The translations under genes were made by a program, and so were the position numbers. Under the pieces are notes generated by a model that saw nothing but the letters and a program-made list of their open reading frames with translations, made no database searches and was not told the origin of the DNA. Below are positions 8,723 through 19,400 of a DNA stretch of 54,384 bases, in pieces. The stretch's first letter is position 1; the number at the start of each line of letters is the position of its first letter. The stretch comes from a virus (Duplodnaviria; Caudoviricetes), in IMG/VR virus record IMGVR_UViG_3300031951_000214, positions 1 through 54,384 of that record, one strand, 5' to 3'.

Positions 8723-9128
8723 CACAGATGTGTTAGTAGAAACCTATTTGACAATCAGACGCAAACGTGAGAACCTAAAAGCTGAGTACGACTCGGCAGA
8801 TGCGGAACTCAAAGAAGATATGACGCGCTTGGAACAAGCGTTGCTGGCAGTTTGTAATGAGGCGAATTTGAATGGATTTAAAACAGTACACGGCACTGTC
8901 ACTAGGACAGTCAAAGAAAGATTTTTTTGCACTGATTGGGATTACTTCAGGAAGTTTGTCGAGACAGAAGGCTCGATTGATTTGCTTGAACGCCGCATCC
9001 ATCAACGCAATTTCAAAGAATTCATGAACGGTCGGGAATCTAAAGGGTTACCTCCCGGAGTGAATGCCTTGCGCGAGTTTGACATAACAGTGCGCAAGGC
9101 CAGTACAACCAGTGAAACTTCAGTTTAA
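8715..9128 (+). CDS. conserved phage replication-module protein (coiled-coil N-terminus)
   Basis: AAGGAG RBS then ATG 8715; lies between helicase and SSB-like gene. Confidence 0.75.
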   Translation: MSDTDVLVETYLTIRRKRENLKAEYDSADAELKEDMTRLEQALLAVCNEANLNGFKTVHGTVTRTVKERFFCTDWDYFRKFVETEGSIDLLERRIHQRNFKEFMNGRESKGLPPGVNALREFDITVRKASTTSETSV

Positions 9129-9141
9129 GGAAAAATAAATC

Positions 9142-9981
9142 ATGAGTAATGATCTCGCAACCATCATGCAGTCGTCCGACATCGTTGAGCTTGGACTTGA
9201 TGAAGATACCCTTGCCGTTGCAGGGGGAGCAACAAAAGGTAACAAACGTATTTCGATTGAAGGGCGCGTGTTTCGCAAAATTGTTGGCGGTAAGGAGCAG
9301 AGTGTCAACACTGACATTTCTATGAATGTGATTTTTGTGAAGATGGCGCATGAAGCTTCACGCACATACTACAGCCAGACATACAAGAAGGGTGTGAAGA
9401 TTGCCCCCTCTTGCTGGTCAAGTGACTCCAAGACTCCTGACCCAGATGTAAAAGAAGCACCCGCTTCAGCCTGCGCTGACTGCCCCAACTCTGTAAAGGG
9501 TTCAGGTCAAGGCGGTACAGGTACAGCTTGCCGCTTGTCTTGGCGCACTGCCGTGGTGTTGCCTAATGACCCTGCTGGTGATGTCTATCAGTTGGTGTTA
9601 CCTGCTACATCAGCGTTTGGTAAAGAAGAAAACGGTCGTTGGCCTTTCCGTCCGTACATTCAGATGCTTGCCAACAACAACGTGTCTGCTGGGCGCATCG
9701 TGACCAAGATGGAGTTTGATACCAACTCTTCTACACCAAAGTTGTTGTTCTCTCCACAAGCCGCAGTGCCAACTGATGCACGTGAAATCATTGCACGTCA
9801 GAGCAAATCGTCTGCCGCTGAGAACGCAGTGAAATTGACTGTGTTCAAGATGGACGAGACTGCTGAAGCCGAAGCACCTGCACAGGCCACACCCGAACCT
9901 ACGAAGCGCGAGACTGCGAAAGCCGCCCCCGCCAAGGTAGAGGAAGTCAACGACGTTTTGAAGAAATGGTCTAAGAAGTAA
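9142..9981 (+). CDS. putative ssDNA-binding/annealing protein
   Basis: Position in replication module, CxxC..C motifs, flexible tail ending VLKKW; function inferred. Confidence 0.55.
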   Translation: MSNDLATIMQSSDIVELGLDEDTLAVAGGATKGNKRISIEGRVFRKIVGGKEQSVNTDISMNVIFVKMAHEASRTYYSQTYKKGVKIAPSCWSSDSKTPDPDVKEAPASACADCPNSVKGSGQGGTGTACRLSWRTAVVLPNDPAGDVYQLVLPATSAFGKEENGRWPFRPYIQMLANNNVSAGRIVTKMEFDTNSSTPKLLFSPQAAVPTDAREIIARQSKSSAAENAVKLTVFKMDETAEAEAPAQATPEPTKRETAKAAPAKVEEVNDVLKKWSKK

Positions 9982-10319
9982 TGAGCAGAGGATATAGCCC
10001 TGAGTTGTTGGACTTGATTGATAACACGAACGTATATCGGTTAGGGGTTGATCTTGCGAAGGTTTGTGTCAAAGCAAATCTTCCGTCTGCCTACATAGCG
10101 CAAGTGTTTGATGTCACCCGAGCAACCACCCACACGTGGTTTAGAGGCGGGGCTATACGTCCTAAGAAGCGGCAACGTATAGAAACATTCATCGCTTTAG
10201 TCGAGGAGGATTTAAAAAAAGGTATCTTGCCGTGCAAGAACCTACGCGATGCAAAAGCATATTTGAGGGACATGATCGGACGTCCTATCAAGCCTGCTTC
10301 TGATAGCAAAACGGGCTGA
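9981..10319 (+). CDS. HTH DNA-binding protein
   Basis: 'AYIAQVFDVTRATTHTWFRG' is Cro-like. Confidence 0.7.
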   Translation: MSRGYSPELLDLIDNTNVYRLGVDLAKVCVKANLPSAYIAQVFDVTRATTHTWFRGGAIRPKKRQRIETFIALVEEDLKKGILPCKNLRDAKAYLRDMIGRPIKPASDSKTG

Positions 10320-10338
10320 ATAAGCTATTTCATTTGTT

Positions 10339-10362
10339 GGCGGGGTAACTCCCGCCGTTTTT
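10339..10362 (+). terminator. intrinsic terminator/attenuator before primase
   Basis: ggcggg-gtaact-cccgcc followed by gttttt. Confidence 0.65.
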
Positions 10363-10374
10363 GTCTCTGCGATC

Positions 10375-13224
10375 ATGAATAAACAATTTTTTGAGAAAGT
10401 ATTGCCAGCGCAGGGCAACATTTGTGTAGTAGGTATCAAAGATAAGAGCGTAAAGCCACGGTTTGTTGATGACATTGATAGCGCCATTGAACAGATGGTT
10501 GCTTTTGACAAAGACGACTACAACACATTCTTTGCACTGGGGACATTTGAGGGGTACGAACGTAAGGCGGCAGGTTGTATTTTCATGCGCGCCTTCTTCG
10601 TTGATTTGGATTGCGGTGAGGGGAAGCCGTATACGGAGTGGGCAGATGGGTTAATTGCAATACACAAGTTTGTACAGACCACTGATCTGCCAAAACCAAT
10701 CATCGTCAATTCTGGGCGCGGTATACACGCATACTGGCCTTTTGATGATGAAATACCTGCTGAGGATTGGAAGCCCTACGCTGAAAAGTTCAAGGCATTC
10801 TGTCTAGACAACGATTTGCACATTGACGAAACAGTCACAGCAGACTTAGCACGAGTCCTCAGAGTACCGGGGTCTCGCAATCTCAAGGGCGAGCCGTTGC
10901 CTGTTGAAGTCATACAAGATGCTGAGCCAACATCATTCGAGTACTGGACTGAACGTCTTGGCACAGTTGAGCTGCCGTTTGATCTGAAGAAGGTTGAAAA
11001 GGGTCTTGACCCTGACACCAAAGCAATTTACGAAAAACGTAACGACAATTTTGAATATGACTTCATGCGCATCGCGCAAATGAGTATAGAAGGGAACGGT
11101 TGTGGGCAAATTAAATATATCCTCGAAAACGCCGCTAGTTGTCCAGAGCCGATCTGGTACGCTGGAATATCTGTCGCCGCTCGGTGTCGTGATGGCAGTA
11201 CTGCCATACATCTCATGTCAGAAGACCACCCAAAATATTCTTGGGAAGAGACTGAGCGAAAAGCCGCCCAATCCCTTGAAGTCGACTGGTCATTTAGTTG
11301 CGATGCCTTTGAACGATCCAATTCAGGAGGATGCAAAGGATGCGCCTATGCAGGTAAGTTTGGAAAACGTGGGCCTATCGAACTTGGCAAAACCCTTAGA
11401 ACCCCACAACAGCCCATTGACAGAGAGCTTGATGAACCCCAAACAAATACGCAGGAATCAATTCGGGTCGAAGCGCATACCGAAAAAATTCCTTTCTTCC
11501 CCGATGCCCTCTATCCATTTTCCAGAGGAATTAATGGAGGAATCTATTTCCAACCAGCTCCCAGAGCAACAAAAAAAGGAATGGTTCAAGACCCCCCAGA
11601 AATGATTTCTGCTGTGGACTTCTTTCCAACGCAACGGGTATTTAGTCCACATGATGGGGAATGTTTGGTAATGAGGGCGGTGTTACCAATAGACCCAACC
11701 CGTGAATTTTTACTGCCACTAAAAGATGTTGGTGCAGTCGATAGATTGAAGTCGGCGCTTTTGTTTCAAGGTATTAACTTTGACCAGCGCCACGCTCCAA
11801 TGGTATCAAGCTACATCACTAAGTGGATGGATTTTTTAATGCAAACACAAAGGGCAAGCATCATGAGAATACAACAAGGATGGACAGAAAACAACGAGTC
11901 ATTTGTATTGGGTACAACAGAGTACATGGCAGACGGCGAAGAGCGATACTGCCCGCCATCCCCGATAGCAAAGAACGTGGTGAAGAACATTCAAGAGAAA
12001 GGTACATTCGATGAATGGAAGAAAGCCATTCAAATGTTTAATGACCCTGGCTATGAATACCACGCTTTTGCTGTGCTGTGCGGTTTGGCTTCCCCGTTGA
12101 TGCAGTTCACCAACGTCAACGGTGCTATTTATTCTTTGTTTGGTGAAGCTGGCAACGGAAAGACTGGCGCACTAAATGGCGCTTTGAGTGTATGGGGTAA
12201 CTGCGAGAACTTGGCGGTCTTTGACGCCACGCAAAACGCCCTGATGCAACGGATGATTACCTGCAAAAACATTTTGTTTGGTATGGATGAGCAGTCAAAC
12301 ACAGACGGTAAGGTCGTATCTCATATAGCCTACAACGTGTCGTCTGGTGCGCCCAAGCTACGGCTTCAGGCATCCGTGAACCAAGAACGAGAGATGTCAT
12401 TTGTCACAAACCTGTTGGCAATCATTACTACAAACACGCCACTCAAGGACATCATTGCGCTATACAAAGCAAACACAAACCCAGAGGATGTACGGATTAT
12501 TGAACCAGAAGTCCCACGCCCATCAGAGCCGGGCTACGAGTTGAACATGGCGCGGGGTCTGTTGATGTTTGAACCGTTGAAGTTTAATTACGGCTTTGCT
12601 GGCCCTGTCTACGTCAAGGACTTGTATCAACAAACTCTACCTGAAGTTAAAAAGCGCATCCGTAACGAGTACCTTGATTACAGCCGCGCCTATACAGACA
12701 ATGCTGAGTACCGATTCATTGCCAACGTGCTGGCAGTGACAAGGGTGGCGGGAGAGGATGGCAACAGACTCGGCCTGTTTAACTTTGATCTAGACCGCAT
12801 CATTGGCGTGGTGGGGCAGGGCATCATGGACACAATCAACGGCAAGTCCAAAGACAAGACCAGCGCTTACGAAGACATCCTTGGTGACTTCATCAATAAA
12901 TACATTCAATCTGCGTTGGTCATCAAAGACGGTCGTACATCAACCGAACCAAAGCAAGCGCTATACATCCGTGCTGAAGTCGATGAGGGCAAGATATACA
13001 TCTCCACCTCTGCCATGAAGACATACCTCAAAGACATCAAGCTGGGTGTCAGGGAATTTGAATCCAATCTTCAACGTCGAGGGACACTCAAGAACAAAAT
13101 TCGCAAGCAGATGGCTTCAGGGTGGAAGGATGCATTTGGCACAACAAACATCCAAGCCTACGAGTTTGAAATGGACATGACTCACCTCTTCCCTGTAAAT
13201 GAAGAAGCTGTCGTCAGCGAGTAA
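10375..13224 (+). CDS. primase-helicase (RepB/AEP-type primase plus DUF927-type helicase)
   Basis: VDLD, SGRGIHAYW, DLARVLRVPG, Cys cluster, QGW motif, Walker A GEAGNGKT. Confidence 0.88.
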   Translation: MNKQFFEKVLPAQGNICVVGIKDKSVKPRFVDDIDSAIEQMVAFDKDDYNTFFALGTFEGYERKAAGCIFMRAFFVDLDCGEGKPYTEWADGLIAIHKFVQTTDLPKPIIVNSGRGIHAYWPFDDEIPAEDWKPYAEKFKAFCLDNDLHIDETVTADLARVLRVPGSRNLKGEPLPVEVIQDAEPTSFEYWTERLGTVELPFDLKKVEKGLDPDTKAIYEKRNDNFEYDFMRIAQMSIEGNGCGQIKYILENAASCPEPIWYAGISVAARCRDGSTAIHLMSEDHPKYSWEETERKAAQSLEVDWSFSCDAFERSNSGGCKGCAYAGKFGKRGPIELGKTLRTPQQPIDRELDEPQTNTQESIRVEAHTEKIPFFPDALYPFSRGINGGIYFQPAPRATKKGMVQDPPEMISAVDFFPTQRVFSPHDGECLVMRAVLPIDPTREFLLPLKDVGAVDRLKSALLFQGINFDQRHAPMVSSYITKWMDFLMQTQRASIMRIQQGWTENNESFVLGTTEYMADGEERYCPPSPIAKNVVKNIQEKGTFDEWKKAIQMFNDPGYEYHAFAVLCGLASPLMQFTNVNGAIYSLFGEAGNGKTGALNGALSVWGNCENLAVFDATQNALMQRMITCKNILFGMDEQSNTDGKVVSHIAYNVSSGAPKLRLQASVNQEREMSFVTNLLAIITTNTPLKDIIALYKANTNPEDVRIIEPEVPRPSEPGYELNMARGLLMFEPLKFNYGFAGPVYVKDLYQQTLPEVKKRIRNEYLDYSRAYTDNAEYRFIANVLAVTRVAGEDGNRLGLFNFDLDRIIGVVGQGIMDTINGKSKDKTSAYEDILGDFINKYIQSALVIKDGRTSTEPKQALYIRAEVDEGKIYISTSAMKTYLKDIKLGVREFESNLQRRGTLKNKIRKQMASGWKDAFGTTNIQAYEFEMDMTHLFPVNEEAVVSE

Positions 13225-13420
13225 GCCCTACGATGAACCCGTCTGGTTGTTTCCCTATCCAGCCATGCTGGTGGGGGACAGCTTCTTTATACCGACTATG
13301 AAGCCCGCGTACTTGACGTATGCGGCTGATAACGCGGCAAAGAAAAGCGATGTAAAAGTAAAAATACACACCGTCACTGAAGACGGTGTTCTTGGCATAC
13401 GTGTTTGGCGCGTGTCTTAG
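13199..13420 (+). CDS. conserved small phage protein (FP..M.VGDSFFIP...GIRVWR)
   Basis: Recognisable motif; last + strand gene of the block. Confidence 0.75.
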   Translation: MKKLSSASKPYDEPVWLFPYPAMLVGDSFFIPTMKPAYLTYAADNAAKKSDVKVKIHTVTEDGVLGIRVWRVS

Positions 13421-16400
13421 GGCTTGACGTCAAGCATATCGAAGGCTTCAACCAACCTGTGCTTGACCAAGCTTGACATGTCGTTGAGTTGCTTGAGCTG
13501 CTCTTTGCGTTCCATGATGGTTAAATCTTTGTTTGCGCGAACTTGGTTTGCCATAGTGCGGATGTTGCGCAGCGTTCCATTTACTTGCGTGTTGTAAAAC
13601 TGTACGGCAGGATAAGCAGTGGGGTTGTCTTCCATAAATTTTTCCAACTGCTCTGGGCGGTCTTTAAGCGAATTAATGCGCTGCTCCATCTGTTTGACCT
13701 GCTTCTCAATGCTACTGAATTCACGGGCATCAATGTTTGATCTAGAGCCAATAAAACTACTGAGGAACACCATGTCATTCTTTGGATCAAATTCTTTTGC
13801 CCCAGCCACAGTCAATCCAACATTCGTTGCGCTTGAGGCCATCTTTGCCATACCATCAAAATAGTTGTTGGCAAAGAAGTACATGGTGTTTGGACTCCAG
13901 TCCACTGCGCCATTTGTTGCATCAAACAATTCTCTGGCAGCTTTCTTGTACATCTCTGGAATGTTGTCGCCACCTGTATAGGCATCGCCAAACCGTGATT
14001 GACGGTTGTTGTATATCTCACGCCCCAGACCATCCAAGTTCATCACATACTCAAAGAACGGACGGAACATAGATGGCGTTACTGAGTCCATAGCAAACGC
14101 TGGGAAATTGTCTATCGGACTGATACGCGATACCGGCAAGGGCAGGAATGAATCAACTCCAGTAACCAAGATGTTCCCAAACGCATCAAGTAGGGATGTC
14201 CTGCCAGATGCAATAGAAGCTATCTGCGCACCAGCAGATGCAAACGCGCCAAGACCGAAGCCCCAAGGGATTTGAATAATCAAGTCTGTGCCGGGTATGT
14301 GGAAGCGAGCGTTCCGAGTCCAGCGTGCCATGTCATCTGTAACAACTTTGTTACGACCTTGGTCATCGTCTTCTGCCATCATCAGCGCCATGTAATACAT
14401 AGCCACGCCTGTACCGATCAAACCTGTAGCCATGTACCGTGCATTAGTTTGACGTTGTTTGAGTTCTTTTACCGCGCTCTCAATCTGTTCTTCAGTGCGG
14501 CCCTGTGCAGCAGCCTCTTCTCTAAAGTTTGCTTCATTAAAACCAAACGCTGGAGCCAACGCCTCAATAGCTCTGACTGCACCTGTGGCAGCTGGACGGA
14601 AGAACATGAACAATGCGCCAGCACCCCTGCCCCAACGCCCTACCTGTTCAAAGTTGGCTAGGTTCTTGGCGTACTCAACTGCCTGAGCCTTAGCATCAGT
14701 TAGCGCATCAGCGTCGTTTTTAAACTTGCCACTTGACTTGTTCTCAGCAAAGAACTGATCCTTCAACATGCGGTATGTAGCGGCACGGCTAGACAATTCA
14801 AACATGTCGTTATAGATATCAATGAACTTATCTACCTGATCTTTCTTTTGCAAGATGCCACTGCGACCGATCTCTTTCATCAGTCCATCAAGCGCACCCT
14901 TGGCAGCAAGCCCTTGGAGATACGACACGCGACCACCCAACTGTACGTACTCAAGCAGGTCGGCATAGTATTGATCTTTAGCGGCAAGCTCTCTTAGCTT
15001 ATCGAACTTACCGTTTGCGTAAAGATTTGAGAACCGCACAGACTTAGCCATGCCACCACCAGCCACATCCGCAGCAACAGCAGTCAGCAATTGACCTGCC
15101 TTGACTGGGCCAAGTTCAGCGCCAAGCGTAAAGGCGTTAGTCAGCGCATCACGCACAAAGTTCATTGGTGCAAACGCTGGGTTATACCGTGTATGCATCT
15201 GCCCGATACCACTTGTAATAGAGTTAGCGATATCAATCAACGGTTGCGTTGTTCTGTATGAACGACGAATGGCTTCGCGTTGTTTTTCATCGTTTAGTTC
15301 AATGACGTCAATTGTTCCATCGGCGTTGTAGTGAAATATCTTGTTGCTTCCACCAATATCTTTTTTATCAAGATTACCCAAGAAGCGGTCTTCAAACTTG
15401 ATAGTGTCCTTAACTTTACCCATGAGTAATCTGTTCTTGGGGTCAACGGCATTCTTAATTGCCAGAGTCAAGTCTTTACGTCCAGCACGCATAGCAGCAG
15501 ACGCGCCATCCGCAAGGGATTGAAGTAATGGGTTCTCAGATTCAGACTCTCGCCCACCAAAAGGATTCTGGCCTTCTTGCAAGTCACCACCAATACGACG
15601 TGAGTCGATGTTGAACTCTTCGTCAATTTGCCTTAACCCCGGACGTCCTTTGAACGGCACATAGTCTTTAAAGTCATAGAAGTCAATCACGTTTGACGCG
15701 GGTTGTGAATGGTAGTTCGCCATCTTGTTCAGCGTTTGTGTCATTTGATTGACCTTACGCAAGGCTTCTACCACTGCCCCAACTTCTTTTTCTGTTTCAG
15801 GCGTTACACGTTCTTTAAGGATTGCAGCAATCTGTCGCGGCGTACGGTTTGCAATGACGTTGTACATCGCATTGTTTTGGTTAAACATTTCAGGCGTAGT
15901 GGGCTTCTTGTTTATTTGCTTTGCGTGAAATGTTTTATCGTCAACAACCTTATCCAACATGGCGCGTAGGTCAAGCGCGCGCTCTTTGCGTTTTTGATCC
16001 AGCTCGTTGATCTGATCCTGCGTCATCTCAGGCGTAACTTGGTAAGAAGGCTGCGCCAATTCACGCATCACCGCTTCCCTGAACCCTTCAGCAGAATATT
16101 CCTTGCCTTCAAACTTGATGCGCTTGCTTTCATTTTCAAGCGGCACAGTCTTTATGTACTTGACACGGCGGCGCTCAGGCTCGTGGCGCGCTTCCAAAAT
16201 AATGTGTAGACGTGCAAGCGCCTCATTGATAGTCAATCCAGATTTCTTTGCGTATGCTTCTACAGCTGCATGGGTTTCTTCAGTTGCGTTGCGTAAATAC
16301 TCGTCATACAGATTGACAGCCATACCAGCAGAACGTGTAATCTGCCCATATACATTGTTTAGATCAGGCCCAATACGTTTGAGCATCCCGAACAACCGCG

Positions 16401-19400
16401 CACGGTCTTCTACCACTTTAATTGGGTAGCGTTCGTTCTGGAACATAGTGGCCGCCCAATGGCCGCCCTTCTTGGTAAACAAATTACGCAAAAATGATTT
16501 GGCAGTCCGTTCTTTTAGCTGAACTTCAGACTCAGCTTGTGCTGCAAGTTGTTCATCAGACAGCTTTGACTCGTCGTAGGTTTCTGCCTGTTTCGTTTCA
16601 GTGGGCAGGGGAGCCATCTTGATAGCGTCTTTGGGGGCAGCCATGACGTATTCAAACGCGCCAAAGGTTTCAATCAACGCATTACGCGACTCAACAGTGT
16701 CTGGAATGCCAAGCACTTGGGCAACTGCTTTTACAAAGTTAGACCATGCGTTTTTAACTTGACCCCACAGTGAATTACTAGCAGGAATTTGAATGCGCTG
16801 TAATTCTTTTTGGAATGCGCGGTCAGTCACGGCGTAGGATACAAACTCGTAAATGTTTTCGTACGCAGCTGGATACTTTGCCTTAAGCTCCTTGCTAGTC
16901 TCTTTCATCAAGTAGTCAAGATGCACTGCGCCGTCTTCTTGCTTTTGAGACAGTTTGACTTCGCTTTCTTCAAACCCATACAGTACACGTAGGGTCCCGG
17001 CGTGCGCAAACTCATGCAGTAAGACAGTCTCTGTCTGTCCTTCTTTAGTCACTCGGACCGTATCAGTTTGAGGGTCGTACTCAGCGGGGCGGTTGTTTGG
17101 TAGACTTTTTACAACTTCAACTTTTGTCTTGAGCTTGAGCTTGTAAAGCGCCTGTGCAACAGCCCTATGCACTGGGTCTTGCGCAGAAGTGCGCAAGTAG
17201 TTTAGGAATGCCGTGGCGTTGTTATTGTCCAGTTGTTCTTCAACAAACTTAGGCAACGGTTTAGTTTTAGGCACGCCTTCAGGCTCAATGCCTTGCTTCT
17301 CGGCCAAGTACGCTGACAGTTTTTCAGCAGCTATATCGTGTTCAGGCTGGTTATTAGTCGCTAAACCTTCAAAGTAAACCTGTTTTTCTTCAGGTGACAA
17401 CGCGCCAAACTCAGGTAGATGTAACCGCGCATCGGGTTCAATACCGTTGTGGTATTCCCGTGTGTCTTCGTACATCTGTTGTTCTTCAGGAGTTACCTCT
17501 ACTGTTGGTTCGGCAATGGGCGCTTCTTGTCCTTGCGTTTCTGTTTCGACGGCTTCAGGGGTTTCAGTGCCAACTTGGTCTCCTTGTTGTTCGGTGGTAG
17601 CTTCTGCTTGTTTAGCCGCGCTTTCTTGTATGTCAAGCTGCGCCCATTCACTAAATAAATTAGTGCGTTGTTTGTCAAGGGCTTCCCACTGTTTGAATTT
17701 TTCTGTACCCCTCTTTGGAGCACGCCCATCTTTAGACAATAGCGCGCGTTGCTGTTCATCAATAGCACTAATTTCGTTTTGCACCATATCTTTGGTGCGA
17801 GTTTCTAGGTCTGATTTACCTTGCTGCGTAATTTCTTCAACAGGCGCTTCAAAACTTGGTACGTCTTCAAGTTCTATTTTTTCCCCTGTAATAGGATGTA
17901 CAGAAGGAAAATCTTCTATGTCTGCGTCAATAGGAAGCTGATTTACTGTAATGGGTGGCTGTTTTTCTCCTGCAATAGGCTGCACAGCATCCGGTCCAGC
18001 AGGAACCACTCCAAGTCCGTCAGGTTCTGCAAGTCCTTCGGTGGGTACGACTGTATCGGGCTGTCCAGCCACTGGAACGCTTGTTCCACCTGCTGTGGTG
18101 TCAGTTGGTCCAACATCTGGCGTTCCTTTCTGAGCTGTTTGTAGAGTCTTAATCTTGTATTCGACGCTTCGCTGTTTGTTTCTTTTTCCACTTAATAAAC
18201 CTTGTTCTCTTGGCGTAATAGTGCCGTCTCGTTGTTTTTGCTCAAGTGCTTTAATTTCAGCAGCTCTTTTATCAAAATCAGCAATCAATACATCAAGCTG
18301 AGTAGCTGGCGCTCCAGTAGGCACAACGGCAGGGGCTATACCTTCAGGCGCAATCTCAAACCCAGACACATCACGCTGCACTGTAGTAGGCGCAAGTTCA
18401 GGCTCTACACCTAACTCAGCATCAGCAGGCACTTCAACATCTGCCAAACCTTTGGTCTGAATCTTCTGTGCTTCAGCCGCAGCTTCAGGCCCCTTGCCAA
18501 GCACTACGTCTGCAACGCCAGTAATGCCAGCACCACCAAGCCCGCCCTTGAGTCCAGCGTTGATGAATCGTTCAAAATTCTGCGGTGTGAAGAACCCAAG
18601 GTTCTGGTCAACAAAATTCTCAGCAGCCGCGCTTGATACTTCTTGCAACGCTTCAGTGCCGCCTTCAGTTACAAAGCCTTTGGCTACGCCCGTGCCTGCA
18701 CGTTTGTACCAAGCCGCGCCTAATTCTTCAGGACCGATACCAGACAGCTTGGCTTTGCGTAATAGACTTATAGGTAACGCAGCGTCCAGCACAGCGTTAA
18801 AGCTACCAAACGCAATCGCTGTACCAAGGTCTTGTTGCCCTGTGGCTTCGTAAATGTTCTGGTAAACATCAGGTATGTTCTGTGCCGCAGAGCCAGCCAA
18901 CGCGCCACCTGCTTCATACTTGAGTGCGGTCTGCCGCGCAGCTTGGATTCCCGCTTGCGTCGCAGCTTGCTTTAATTCTTCACCAGCCAAACCTTTGGCG
19001 GCTTGTGCCAAAACAGCTTTCTCCGCTGTAGCCTGCGCAGCAGCTACTGCACCACGCCCTAGGATAGCTGCTGTGCCACCAGTAAACAAACTTGGTATGA
19101 GAGAGGGCAGAGCTTCGCCAACTGCTTCCTTGGCATACACCAGCGCATCGCTAACATCTTTAATGTCAGTGTATGACGGTACTTCAGCTGGATATTTTTT
19201 GGCGATTTCTTCCTGAGACTTTGCAGCCTCCTGCATCTGCTGCGCAGCATACTCATCTGCGCCAACTGCTCTACCAGCCATAGCAGGCAAGATGTCACCC
19301 AACAACACACCGGTTTGCGCAGCGCCACGTTTGATGGACGGAATGAAGCCAGTTTCCGGTTTTTTTACCGGGGTAGGAGGAGCCTCGGGTTCTTGCATCA

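Noticed and set aside
11102-11605. 167-aa alternative-frame ORF inside the primase-helicase
   Set aside because: Weak start, no clear RBS and composition typical of a shadow frame; a shorter nested peptide from the ATG near 11432 cannot be excluded.
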